The notes: generated by a model not told the origin, from the letters alone. 64,000 nucleotides of DNA from an uncultured Actinomycetota bacterium (GCA_963753435.1 CAVWCF010000001.1:992001-1056000), one strand, 5' to 3'; shown: positions 34,620 to 43,423, numbered from the stretch's first letter. Numbers and translations are program-made.

Positions 34620-36012
34620 CCAGCAAGGCTAGGGCCAGCGAAGGGCGTTGCTGGCACGCCCGCAGAGCGGCTCACCTGCTGGGACTGCGACTCGTCACCG
34701 ACCCCTGGCGCCGTGGTTGCGTACTGGCGCGCGGCCGGGCTGGTCCAGACAAGTCGGTTCGGCTCGCCATCCACTCGCACATCCCAGTCGCTTTCGTGCT
34801 TGAGCCGGTGGTGAGCACGACAAAGCGCGTGCAGGTTCGCCGCCGACGTTTCTCCGGCGGGGAAGGGGACGGTGTGGTCAAGGTCGCAAGCGCTGGCCCG
34901 ACGGCGGCAACCGGGAAACCGGCAAGTGCCATCGCGCGTGCGCACGAAGTCATCCAGACCAGTTGGCGGTTCGTACCGAGTCCGGCCCACGTCGAGGACG
35001 GTTCCGGAGACGGGGTCGGTGAGGATGCGCCGCCAGATCCCATCCGCGGCGAGACGGCGGGCAAGAACATCTGGGATGGGGCCGTAGCCGGCGAGGTAAG
35101 CCGGCTCGTCGCCGAGGCCGAGCAAAGTGCCGAGTGGCACCGTGATGGCGACCTCCGGCCGACGGCGCTTGACCCCACCACTAGGACCAACACCGCTGGG
35201 ACCAACACCGCTGGGACCAAGGCCGCTGGCGGCAGTCCCGCGCAAGGACGACCCAGCCGCAACCAAGTCGACGAGGGCGTCGGCGCGCCGCTGATCCGCA
35301 CTGACCCCATCCGCCGATGCTGCGCGGTTCGCAGCGGCGTTCAGATTCGCCTCAAGCTCGACGGCTGCGTCGGCCGACAACAGAGCCCACAACTCGGTCA
35401 TGCCGTCGGGCAGTGGAGTGAAGACAACGCGCCGATCTTCGAGAGCGGATCGATGCCGTTCATCGGCGCTGCGGGCATCGTGGCGGGCCACCTCGCGGCG
35501 GAGGAAGGAGCGCAACTGCGCGGGCGTCTGCTGGGGAGCGCGCTGCAATGCTTGCGACTCGACCAATGCCGCGGCGTCCGCTTGAGTGGCGCCAGGGCCT
35601 CAAGAATGGCCCGCATGCGCGGCCAATCGATTCGCCCATCGCGCAACGCCGCCAGCGTCGCGATTCGATCCGTGACCAGGTCGACGGCCTCATGCGCTCT
35701 GGTGCGCGCGGTTGCGGCAGACCAGTTCAAGGCGACCCCGACTTCCAGAACGGCCGGCTCCACCGGGGACAGCCCCGCGGGGGCTTGAATCGGCGGTTCG
35801 CGGCGAACGACCTCGGCGATGAGTTCGACCTGACGAGCCTGTGCCCAAGAGATCAGCCGGGCGCTGGCCTGCAGCGCGTCGATCAACTCGTCCGCCCCAG
35901 CCCGTCGCTCATCGAATGCGCTCAGGTCAGCGGCTACCCGCGGGTCCGACACAAGGTCCGCGGCGCCCGGGGGACGGTCAGCCTCGGTGGCGAGTGGGGC
36001 GTGCTCGAACAT
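34598..36012 (-). pseudogene. DUF222 plus HNH endonuclease (13E12-repeat family), frameshifted near 35582
   Basis: N-part MFE..SWAQARQ..LAALRDGRID (ORF 35398-36012) continues in another frame as ADAAALVESQ..QRRADALV..RDGTCRFPGC..CDLDH..NLHALCRAHHRLKH; one base appears missing (could be an assembly error). Confidence 0.85.
35176..35229. repeat. 15-bp tandem repeat (about 3.5 copies) encoding GPSGV in the DUF222 linker
   Basis: ggaccaacaccgctg ggaccaacaccgctg ggaccaaggccgctg. Confidence 0.85.
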
Positions 36013-36020
36013 GTGTTCGA
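36005..36020. promoter_or_regulatory. LexA (SOS) box overlapping the DUF222-HNH start codon
   Basis: TCGAACATGTGTTCGA matches the actinobacterial consensus TCGAAC-N4-GTTCGA exactly. Confidence 0.9.
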
Positions 36021-36063
36021 TTATGTTGATTCGGCAAGGACGTGGCTAGACCGGCCCTTCCCC

Positions 36064-36072
36064 TGTGGACAA
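36064..36072 (-). promoter_or_regulatory. DnaA box-like 9-mer
   Basis: TTGTCCACA on the minus strand equals the actinobacterial DnaA box consensus; single copy. Confidence 0.45.
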
Positions 36073-36102
36073 CAGTGAGATGGGATCGGGCCCATCCCCC
36101 GG

Positions 36103-37596
36103 TTAGGCGCTCGTAATGCCCGCCTGCAACTTGGCCATCACCTGATCCAAGGAGAAGCTCGCTGGCTCCTGCGACGGCGGGAACTCGACCAGCGTCTGCA
36201 ACATCTGCGCGACGAACGCCTGCGCCGGCATCAGGATCCAAGCGCGGTCCAGCATCCAGTCGTAGTAGGTGTTCGAAGTGATGTCGGCGCGCTCGTATGG
36301 GTCCGTACGCAGGTTGAAGATCTTGGGTACGCGCAGTTCCGTGTAGGGCTCGGCCCACACTCGCAGCGTCCCGGTCGCCCGCTGCTCCAGGAAGACGACC
36401 TTCCAGTTGTCGTAGCGAAGAGCGGTGAGGTCGCCGTCGTCGGAGACGTAGAAGAAGTAGTTGCGGGCACTGGTGTCCGATTCCCCAGTCAGGTAGGGCA
36501 ACTGGTTCTTACCGTCCAGGTACACCTTGTAGTGCTTTCCGTTCAATTCGTGGCCGGCCCGGAGTTTCTCGGCGATGTCCGGAACACCGGCCGCCGCGAG
36601 CAGAGTCACGAACCAGTCGTTGTGGGCGACGATCCCGTTGAGCACCGTCCCAGCCGGAATGTGTCCGGGCCAGCGCACCATCGCCGGGGCGCGATAAGCG
36701 CCTTCCCAGTTGCTGTTCTTCTCGTTGCGGAACGGAGTCATTCCCGAGTCGGGCCAGGTGTTCATGTGCGGGCCGTTGTCGGTGCTGTACATGACGATCG
36801 TGTCCTCGGCGAGGCCCATCTCGTCAATCGCATCCAGCAAGGCCCCGACCACCTTGTCGTGGTCGACCATCGTGTCGTGGTACTCCGACTGCCACCGACC
36901 GGCCTGGCCCTTGCTCCCGGGCTTGACGTGCGTGCGGAAGTGCATGTGGGTGGTGTTGAACCAGACAAAGAAGGGTGTGTTCGACTCCTTTGCATCGCCG
37001 ATGAAGCGCAGGCTCTCGGCCAGCACCTCGTCGTCGATCGTCTCCATGCGCTTGCGCGTCAGCGGGCCGGTGTCCTCGATCCGGCCGTCGGCCCAGGTAT
37101 GTAGGACACCGCGGGGGCCGAACCTGGCGCGGAAGTTCGGGAACTCCTCCTCTGACGGGTAGTCCTCGTGCTCCGGCTCCTCCTCGGCGTTGAGGTGGTA
37201 CAGGTTGCCGAAGAACTCGTCGAACCCATGATTCGTCGGCAGGAACTCGTCGCGGTCACCTAGGTGGTTCTTGCCAAACTGCCCAGTGGCGTAGCCGAGG
37301 TCCTTCAGCGCCGTCGCGATCGTCGGGTCCTTGTCCTGAATCCCGAGGTTGGCGCCGGGCATCCCCACCTTCGTCAGACCAGTCCGGTACGGGTTCTGGC
37401 CGCAGATGAACGCGGCCCGGCCGGCGGTACAACTCTGCTCTGCGTAGTAGTCGGTGAAGCGCACGCCTTCGGCTGCCAGCCGATCGATGTTGGGCGTTCG
37501 GTACCCCATCAACCCGTCGCTGTAGCAACTCAGGTTGGAGATCCCGATGTCGTCACCCCAGATGATCAGGATGTTCGGCTTCGACTCAGCTGACAT
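36103..37596 (-). CDS. Arylsulfatase (formylglycine-dependent, Cys-type)
   Basis: PNILIIWGDDIG, SCTAGRAA, GKNHLG, STDNG; AGGAG RBS. Confidence 0.93.
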   Translation of the reverse strand: MSAESKPNILIIWGDDIGISNLSCYSDGLMGYRTPNIDRLAAEGVRFTDYYAEQSCTAGRAAFICGQNPYRTGLTKVGMPGANLGIQDKDPTIATALKDLGYATGQFGKNHLGDRDEFLPTNHGFDEFFGNLYHLNAEEEPEHEDYPSEEEFPNFRARFGPRGVLHTWADGRIEDTGPLTRKRMETIDDEVLAESLRFIGDAKESNTPFFVWFNTTHMHFRTHVKPGSKGQAGRWQSEYHDTMVDHDKVVGALLDAIDEMGLAEDTIVMYSTDNGPHMNTWPDSGMTPFRNEKNSNWEGAYRAPAMVRWPGHIPAGTVLNGIVAHNDWFVTLLAAAGVPDIAEKLRAGHELNGKHYKVYLDGKNQLPYLTGESDTSARNYFFYVSDDGDLTALRYDNWKVVFLEQRATGTLRVWAEPYTELRVPKIFNLRTDPYERADITSNTYYDWMLDRAWILMPAQAFVAQMLQTLVEFPPSQEPASFSLDQVMAKLQAGITSA

Positions 37597-37698
37597 GGCA
37601 ACTCCTAGGTGAGGACCGGTCCTGCTCGGAAAACCTATGGGAATCGCGCCACTCGGCAGCTGCAGGAGTCGACCACCGCGCCTCGCCCCTCGCCCTGG

Positions 37699-38118
37699 CT
37701 AGGACGCCGGGCAATCCAGGTCTCTGGTCGCCGTCGACACGATCTGATTCAGCTGCTGTTCCGCGGAATCCAGAGTCGAGCCGAGTTCCTCAAGGCTTGT
37801 CGCATCGGTGACCGATCCGACGGTGGTCCGCAGTTCATCCACCAGAGGTGCGAGTTCTTCTCGGGTTTCGGATGCCAGCTCAGCTACCGCAGCCTGCAGC
37901 TGCGCTGCATCGTCCTGAACGGTCTGCCAGTTGTCCCGCGCCTGTCCGAGGTTGACGGCCTTCACGTCTTCGACCACCTGGTCAACGGAGGCAGACAACG
38001 CTGCCTCGGCAGTGCAGACCTGCTCCTCCGCCGTGGGGCTGCCCGACTCCGAATCGCCACATGCGGCAAGCAGAGTGAGTAGGACCACAGCCAGGGCCCC
38101 GGCGCGCATGAGATTCAC
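37699..38118 (-). CDS. Hypothetical helical lipoprotein
   Basis: Lipobox LLAAC, two further Cys, GGAGG RBS. Confidence 0.75.
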   Translation of the reverse strand: MNLMRAGALAVVLLTLLAACGDSESGSPTAEEQVCTAEAALSASVDQVVEDVKAVNLGQARDNWQTVQDDAAQLQAAVAELASETREELAPLVDELRTTVGSVTDATSLEELGSTLDSAEQQLNQIVSTATRDLDCPAS

Positions 38119-38277
38119 AAGTCCTCCGTTGGTAGGTCACTCGCTCGGTTGCGCGAGATAGACGACAAGTATGGGCCCAGCCGCCTTCCACGGGACAGCG
38201 TGCCGATCGACTCGCGGCGCCGTCACGCCAATCTCTACGTTTGCGCTGTGCGCACTCCTGGACCGTCCGCAAAGGGC

Positions 38278-38853
38278 ATGAGCGAACGCAGGGCTTTGGG
38301 AATCGCGCTTGCGCTCAATGCGTCGCTGTTCGTGCTCGAGTTCACCACCGGCCTGCTGGCCCAGTCCCTGGGCCTCATTGCCGACTCCCTGGACATGTTC
38401 GCCGACGCCGCGGTCTACGCACTGAGTCTTGCCGCCGTCGGAACGATCGCAGCCAGACAGCAGCGGCTGGCCCGCGCCAGCGGGGTACTCCAGATCGGGC
38501 TGGCCGCGTTCGGTCTGTTCGAGGTCCTACGCCGTGCGTTCAGCGAAAGTCCGCTACCCGATCCACGGACAATGGTGGCCATCTCCCTTGTCGCGCTGGC
38601 CGCAAACCTGGCCACCCTCGCCGTTCTGAGGAAGCAACGGGGCGGCGGGCTGCACCTCCAGGCGAGTTGGATCTTCACCGCCAACGACACCCGCGCGAAT
38701 CTGCTCGTCATCGCAGCCGCTGTTCTGGTGGCCGCGACCGACAGCAGATGGCCGGACCTGCTGGTCGGCGCCCTGATCTTCGGCGTAGTCGCTCGCGGGG
38801 GCCTCAAGATCCTGCGCCTGACAAGCACTAGCGCCGAGGAGTCATCCGGCTAG
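38278..38853 (+). CDS. Cation diffusion facilitator lacking the C-terminal cytoplasmic domain
   Basis: SLGLIADSLDMFADAAVY, QASWIFTAND, WPDL. Confidence 0.85.
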   Translation: MSERRALGIALALNASLFVLEFTTGLLAQSLGLIADSLDMFADAAVYALSLAAVGTIAARQQRLARASGVLQIGLAAFGLFEVLRRAFSESPLPDPRTMVAISLVALAANLATLAVLRKQRGGGLHLQASWIFTANDTRANLLVIAAAVLVAATDSRWPDLLVGALIFGVVARGGLKILRLTSTSAEESSG

Positions 38854-38863
38854 GTTCGCGGTC

Positions 38864-39085
38864 GTGGCTGTGCTGCTGAGTACCGAGCGGATGGCCCTTC
38901 GTGACTTCACGCTCGCCGACGAGGCGCTCTTGGTGGAACTCGACTCCGACCCCAGTCGCCGGGTCATGGAGAAGTGCGGGATGCGGCTGGTGCGAAGTTT
39001 CCGGGCGGATTGGCCCTTTCGGATCCCTGGCGACGAAGCCGGAGATGTCGAGTACGCGATCGAACGCGCCGACTGGCTGCGAGGG
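38864..39085 (+). pseudogene. RimJ/RimL-type GNAT acetyltransferase remnant with internal in-frame deletion
   Basis: N-terminal LSTERMALRDFT..LDSDP fused directly to C-terminal SRRVMEKCGM..GDVEYAI; the central core is absent. Confidence 0.75.
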
Positions 39086-39132
39086 GCCACCGAACGCCCT
39101 AGCCAGCTCAGTCAGCGAGTCAGCGCCCCCGC

Positions 39133-39642
39133 TCAGTCACGCTCGACCCACCTATCCACTGCCCACAGCACCGCCAACGCCAGTCCCGGATCCACGTCCT
39201 CGGCGACATCGAGCACGTACGCGTCGCGAATCGTCACCCACTTCTGGGTGATCTGGACGATCGGGCGACCGCCACTGCTGACCGCGTAGTTCTTCTCGAT
39301 CAGCGAACCCACCAACTCCCACGGCTCGCCCGCTGCCACCTCCAAGGTCATCTTGTCCTTGACCACGCGGAACGCCTTCGCCCGCAGCGACGCCACCTCA
39401 CCGCCGTCGGCGTCGTAGATGGTCATGTGCTTGGGGATGCCCAGCAGCGTGCCCCGAACGGTGTAGACCGTCGCCTCGGCAGCGTCGGTGATGTCCGCCT
39501 TCGGCCGAGTTCCCATCTTTCCGTCGACGAAGTACCGCTGCTCCTCCGTCTCCGGGTCCAGAACCGCGAAGTCCCGACCGGCACCGAACTTGCTCTTCAC
39601 CAGGAACCGCGTCCAACCCTCTGGGGCTGCTGGTATCGCCAC
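39133..39642 (-). CDS. LURP-one/Tubby C-terminal-like protein
   Basis: YFVDGK, QITQKWVTIRDAYVLDV, LAVLWAVD; GAGGAGG RBS. Confidence 0.8.
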   Translation of the reverse strand: MAIPAAPEGWTRFLVKSKFGAGRDFAVLDPETEEQRYFVDGKMGTRPKADITDAAEATVYTVRGTLLGIPKHMTIYDADGGEVASLRAKAFRVVKDKMTLEVAAGEPWELVGSLIEKNYAVSSGGRPIVQITQKWVTIRDAYVLDVAEDVDPGLALAVLWAVDRWVERD

Positions 39643-39948
39643 TACTGCCTCCTCGACGGAGTCGCCGGCCGTCCCGGCAACGCAAGATTACGGAGGGCGG
39701 CGCCGTAGGTCACGGCGGCGGCGCAACCCGAACCCGCACCGGATACCGCAGGCAGAGTCTGTTTACGGATTCCCAGGGGTCGTGCGATCAGAGGTGGCTA
39801 ATCCCGCTGTTGGTGAAGAGCTCGACTCGGCCGCAGTTTCTTGAGGAATGCAGCGGTGAAACCATCCGGCGAAGAGACACTTCCGTAGTTCGCAACAGGT
39901 AGGGGATCAGCCGATAACGTCAACCCAACGACGGCCGCCCGCGCAGTG

Positions 39949-40244
39949 ATCGGGCCGGAGAGGACTTGCGCATGTGCTGCATTGCCCTAACCGCCGGGTT
40001 CGCCGGACCGCGGATCGCATTCGTGCTCGTCTGGATCTTCACCGACCTGGTCACTCGTGCGTTCGACACTTTCTGGTGGCCGCTTCTCGGAGTCATCGTC
40101 CTGCCGTGGACGACCCTGCTGTTCGTGCTGGCCTACAGCCCGATAGATGGGGTCAGCGGGTTCGGGATCTTCGTCGTCCTGCTCGGCGTTCTCGCCGACA
40201 TCGCGACCTACGCCAGTGGGGCGCGGGGGCGTTCGTACTCCTGA
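39949..40244 (+). repeat. Direct repeat copy 1 (296 bp; partner at 41921-42216)
   Basis: Only 3 mismatches found by eye against copy 2; offset 1972 bp. Confidence 0.95.
39972..40244 (+). CDS. Small membrane protein (90 aa), copy 1
   Basis: MCCIAL..GPR..WPLLGVIVLPWTTL; GGAGAGG RBS. Confidence 0.8.
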   Translation: MCCIALTAGFAGPRIAFVLVWIFTDLVTRAFDTFWWPLLGVIVLPWTTLLFVLAYSPIDGVSGFGIFVVLLGVLADIATYASGARGRSYS

Positions 40245-40265
40245 AGTCCACCTACTTGTGTCGCC

Positions 40266-40664
40266 TTACCGGACAAGACCCTGAGCGGTCCAGACCGCGC
40301 CCTTGTTTCGGCATAGGCAGAACGGGTGGCCAATGGGGTCGGTGTACACGCGCCAGCCGTAGCCGTCAGAGCTGATCGAATCCCGCTGCAGGGTCGCGCC
40401 GAGAGCCAAGATGCGGGTCTGCTCGGCCTCGACATCATCGACTTCGAAGTCGAGATGGAACTGCTTTGGGTGCTCACTGTCGGGCCACTGGGGGGCGCGG
40501 TAATCCTCCACGCGGACAAAGGCCAACTCGATCTCCCCGAACTCGATGCTGGCCCAGTCCTGGTGGCTGCCCGCCTTCACGGGGCGCCCCGTCATCTCGG
40601 AATAGAAGGTCGCCAGCTCCATCGTGTCCGGGCAGTCGATGATGAAATCAGTGAGCTGCAGCAT
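40266..40664 (-). CDS. VOC/glyoxalase family protein
   Basis: IDCPD..LATFY, PQWPD..PKQFHLDF, WRVYTDPIGHPFCL. Confidence 0.9.
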   Translation of the reverse strand: MLQLTDFIIDCPDTMELATFYSEMTGRPVKAGSHQDWASIEFGEIELAFVRVEDYRAPQWPDSEHPKQFHLDFEVDDVEAEQTRILALGATLQRDSISSDGYGWRVYTDPIGHPFCLCRNKGAVWTAQGLVR

Positions 40665-40702
40665 CTCCCGACCCTGCCACACACGCCGACGTTCACGACT
40701 GC

Positions 40703-40736
40703 CCTATTGACAATAGGAAGGTATATGCCTATAAAT
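40703..40736 (+). promoter_or_regulatory. Housekeeping-type promoter of padR with overlapping palindromic operator
   Basis: TTGACA(40707-12)-N17-TATAAA(40730-35), ATG 6 nt later; palindrome CCTATTG-A-CAATAGG (40703-17) and ATAGG-N10-CCTAT. Confidence 0.7.
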
Positions 40737-40741
40737 GCGCC

Positions 40742-41119
40742 ATGGCACGTCGCCGAGCCGATGAGTTGATCCCGATTGAGGAGCAGATCCTCGAAGCGGG
40801 ACTCGAGTTCCAGCGCCGCGACGGTGCCTTCCACGGCTTCGCATTGGCCAAGGCGATGGCCCACCGATCGGACAGCAAGTCCCTCATCGGGCACGGCACC
40901 CTCTACAAGGCACTTGCGCGACTAGCCGATCGTGGACTGCTGACCGATGAGTGGGAAGACCCGGACGTAGCCGCAGCCGACGGGGGCCGTCCAAGGCGCC
41001 GGCTGTATCGGGTGACCGGGGCCGGCGAGGTCGCCCTCACCCGCGCCCGAGCAGTGCCGGCCAGGCGCGCGCGACTCGGTGGACCGATAGCCCACTCGTT
41101 CGGAACGAGCTCCTTGTGA
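40742..41119 (+). CDS. PadR family transcriptional regulator
   Basis: HGFALAK, GTLYKALARL..GLL..WE, RPRRRLYRVTGAG. Confidence 0.9.
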   Translation: MARRRADELIPIEEQILEAGLEFQRRDGAFHGFALAKAMAHRSDSKSLIGHGTLYKALARLADRGLLTDEWEDPDVAAADGGRPRRRLYRVTGAGEVALTRARAVPARRARLGGPIAHSFGTSSL

Positions 41120-41748
41120 CCCGGCAGCGAACCGATGAGCGTGCTACCGACATGGTCGGTTCGTGGTGCCGCTGGTACACCCGCGGGCTGCCCGAACACG
41201 TGGCCCAAGCTCGGCGCGAAGAGCTGAACTCCGACCTCTTCGACCAACGCACCGACGCAACCACATTCGGGGCAACCCCAGCGCAGGCGGCGCGAGCGAT
41301 AGTCGCCCGCGCCGCTCGCGGCGTGCCCGCAGACCTCTCCTGGCGAACCCACCAGTTGCGGGCCTCACGGTCCGCTCGAGCCAGGGAGACGAGCATGACC
41401 AGTACGACGCAAAGCAGCCGGCTGACGCTTACGGCACGAGTTCTCGCCGCCATCGTTGCCGCATGGGCGGTGTTCGCCACAATTGCCCTCGGCGTCACTT
41501 CTGATGGCACCTCGTGGGCCATCGGCTTCACGGTCGTGTTCACCGGCGGCGCGGCGCTAGCCCTCTACGGCGTTTGGGTCATCGGCCGTCGGCCGGTCGC
41601 CGGTGCCACTTCGGCGGCGGTTGCGGCATTGCTCACAACCCTGCCGCTGGTTTGGTTCCTGGTCTTCCCCGTTCTTGGCGTCGCTATCGCAGCTGGCCTA
41701 ATCGTGTGCGCCGTCCTAGCCCATCGAACCGGATTGGGGACCGTGTAG
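41116..41748 (+). CDS. PadR-associated membrane protein
   Basis: W.RWYTRGLP..RREELNSDL..RGVPADLSWR N-terminal domain plus 3-4 TM; GTGA overlap with padR. Confidence 0.78.
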   Translation: MTRQRTDERATDMVGSWCRWYTRGLPEHVAQARREELNSDLFDQRTDATTFGATPAQAARAIVARAARGVPADLSWRTHQLRASRSARARETSMTSTTQSSRLTLTARVLAAIVAAWAVFATIALGVTSDGTSWAIGFTVVFTGGAALALYGVWVIGRRPVAGATSAAVAALLTTLPLVWFLVFPVLGVAIAAGLIVCAVLAHRTGLGTV

Positions 41749-41765
41749 GCCCCGAGCCACCGCTT

Positions 41766-41807
41766 AGGTGGGGGTCGGGATCCCGCCAGGAGAGCCGACC
41801 CCCACCT
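41766..41807 (+). terminator. Stem-loop downstream of the padR operon
   Basis: Perfect 13-bp arms AGGTGGGGGTCGG / CCGACCCCCACCT. Confidence 0.65.
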
Positions 41808-41920
41808 GGACCCAGTGCTCATGGGGCAACAACCCGCCCGGCGCAGAGATACGCACTTCGTTCGCAACAGGTAGGCAATCAGCCGCTAACGTCAGTCAAG
41901 CGAGAGCCACCCACAAGGGA

Positions 41921-42216
41921 ATCGGGCCGGAGAGGACTTGCGCATGTGCTGCATTGCCCTAACCGCTGGGTTCGCCGGACCGCGGATCGCATTCGTGCTC
42001 GTCTGGATCTTCACCGACCTGGTTACTCGTGCGTTCGACACTTTCTGGTGGCCGCTTCTCGGAGTCATCGTCCTGCCGTGGACGACCCTGCTGTTCGTGC
42101 TGGCCTACAGCCCGATAAATGGGGTCAGCGGGTTCGGGATCTTCGTCGTCCTGCTCGGCGTTCTCGCCGACATCGCGACCTACGCCAGTGGGGCGCGGGG
42201 GCGTTCGTACTCCTGA
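41921..42216 (+). repeat. Direct repeat copy 2
   Basis: Near-identical to 39949-40244. Confidence 0.95.
41944..42216 (+). CDS. Small membrane protein (90 aa), copy 2
   Basis: Differs from copy 1 by one residue (PID versus PIN). Confidence 0.8.
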   Translation: MCCIALTAGFAGPRIAFVLVWIFTDLVTRAFDTFWWPLLGVIVLPWTTLLFVLAYSPINGVSGFGIFVVLLGVLADIATYASGARGRSYS

Positions 42217-42289
42217 GGTCCAGGCCGCGAACCGGACAAGTCGACTGCAGTTCGCCGCGGCGTGCGCATCCAGACCGCTGTACTGGGGC

Positions 42290-43423
42290 TCAGCCCTGGG
42301 CTAGATCTGGTGAACGACTCGTCTCACGTCGGATGCGCCATCGCCACGCAAGGAAAGCAGCACCGCCTACCGGCATCGGCAGGAGCCAGGTGAATACGCG
42401 ATAGAGGAAGAGCGCCGCCGTGAATGCTGCGGTCTCCTGAGAGGTCGAAAACGAGGCAATAGCTAGCAAGCCAGCCTCGGTAACTCCAAAACCACCCGGG
42501 ATCGGTATCGAGTTCAGAGCCATCGCCGCTCCCGCAAGAAGCACGGTCTCGGTAGCGGTCAAGGTTGCGGGATCGAGCCCGCAGAAGCGCACTGCCAGCA
42601 GCAACACCAGGGCATTCGCCAAGCCCCAAGACAGGTTGGCGGCCACGATGCTGCGGGAGTTGTCTGCCAGAGTCCCACGAACCCGATGTGAGAAGTCGAG
42701 GACGCTGTCCTCAAGATCGGTGGGCGGCGTGCGACGGAAGAGATGAATGATCCGGGTGGCCCAGCGCTGGAGCACCCGCCCCACCGCGTGGGCCGCACGG
42801 TCGCTGTGGACCACCCTAAGCAGCAGCGTAAGCAGGAAGAAGAAGACCGCGCTGAGTCCGATCAGCCACCACAGGTAGCTGGCTGATCCGTTCCCGCTTA
42901 CTAGAACGAGAACCAGACCGATGATCGGCATGAAGAACACCGCGGCATACCGCGCGATCATCGCGATCAGCACCGCAGCAGCGGACTGCTCGTCCGTGAA
43001 GTTGTACGTGCGGTACATCGCGAACCTGACGACCATGTCGCCAGGTGGTGGGACGACAAAGGCGGTCACCTGGCTCGTCGCCGACGACTCGGTGCCCTGA
43101 TAGATCGTCAGCCCAGGAAGCGAAGCCTTCGAACCCCATCCCAGGCAGAGCATGACCAGCAATCCCGCTGCCGTGAGAAGCAACAAGTCGATGACCGACA
43201 AGTCACCAAGAGAGCTGCGGACCTCGGCGGTGTCGACCTGGCTGGGGAGGACAACGAACAACGAGTACCCGATGATCGACAGGATGACCAGGGCGCCGAC
43301 CGCACGTACGACACGCCGTCTGAGTCTGGCGGGCTGGGGCAGTTCGCCCGGCGAGGGCGCATCACTGGCATCCCGGTCGCTCACGGGTCCGTCCCTATCC
43401 GTTGGGAGCGCCGCACCGACCAA
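42290..43423 (-). CDS. Lysylphosphatidylglycerol synthase TM / flippase-like (YbhN/UPF0104) membrane protein
   Basis: IPIPGGFGVTEAGL and LFLYRVFTWLLP motifs, multiple TMs; start uncertain. Confidence 0.82.
   Translation of the reverse strand: MVGAALPTDRDGPVSDRDASDAPSPGELPQPARLRRRVVRAVGALVILSIIGYSLFVVLPSQVDTAEVRSSLGDLSVIDLLLLTAAGLLVMLCLGWGSKASLPGLTIYQGTESSATSQVTAFVVPPPGDMVVRFAMYRTYNFTDEQSAAAVLIAMIARYAAVFFMPIIGLVLVLVSGNGSASYLWWLIGLSAVFFFLLTLLLRVVHSDRAAHAVGRVLQRWATRIIHLFRRTPPTDLEDSVLDFSHRVRGTLADNSRSIVAANLSWGLANALVLLLAVRFCGLDPATLTATETVLLAGAAMALNSIPIPGGFGVTEAGLLAIASFSTSQETAAFTAALFLYRVFTWLLPMPVGGAAFLAWRWRIRRETSRSPDLAQG

Noticed and set aside
33585-35229. Short tandem repeats as a CRISPR array
   Set aside because: No unique spacers, units are in-frame coding repeats, and there are no cas genes
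39949-42216. Composite transposon or IS interpretation of the direct repeats
   Set aside because: The repeats encode a small membrane protein; no transposase, terminal inverted repeats or target duplication seen
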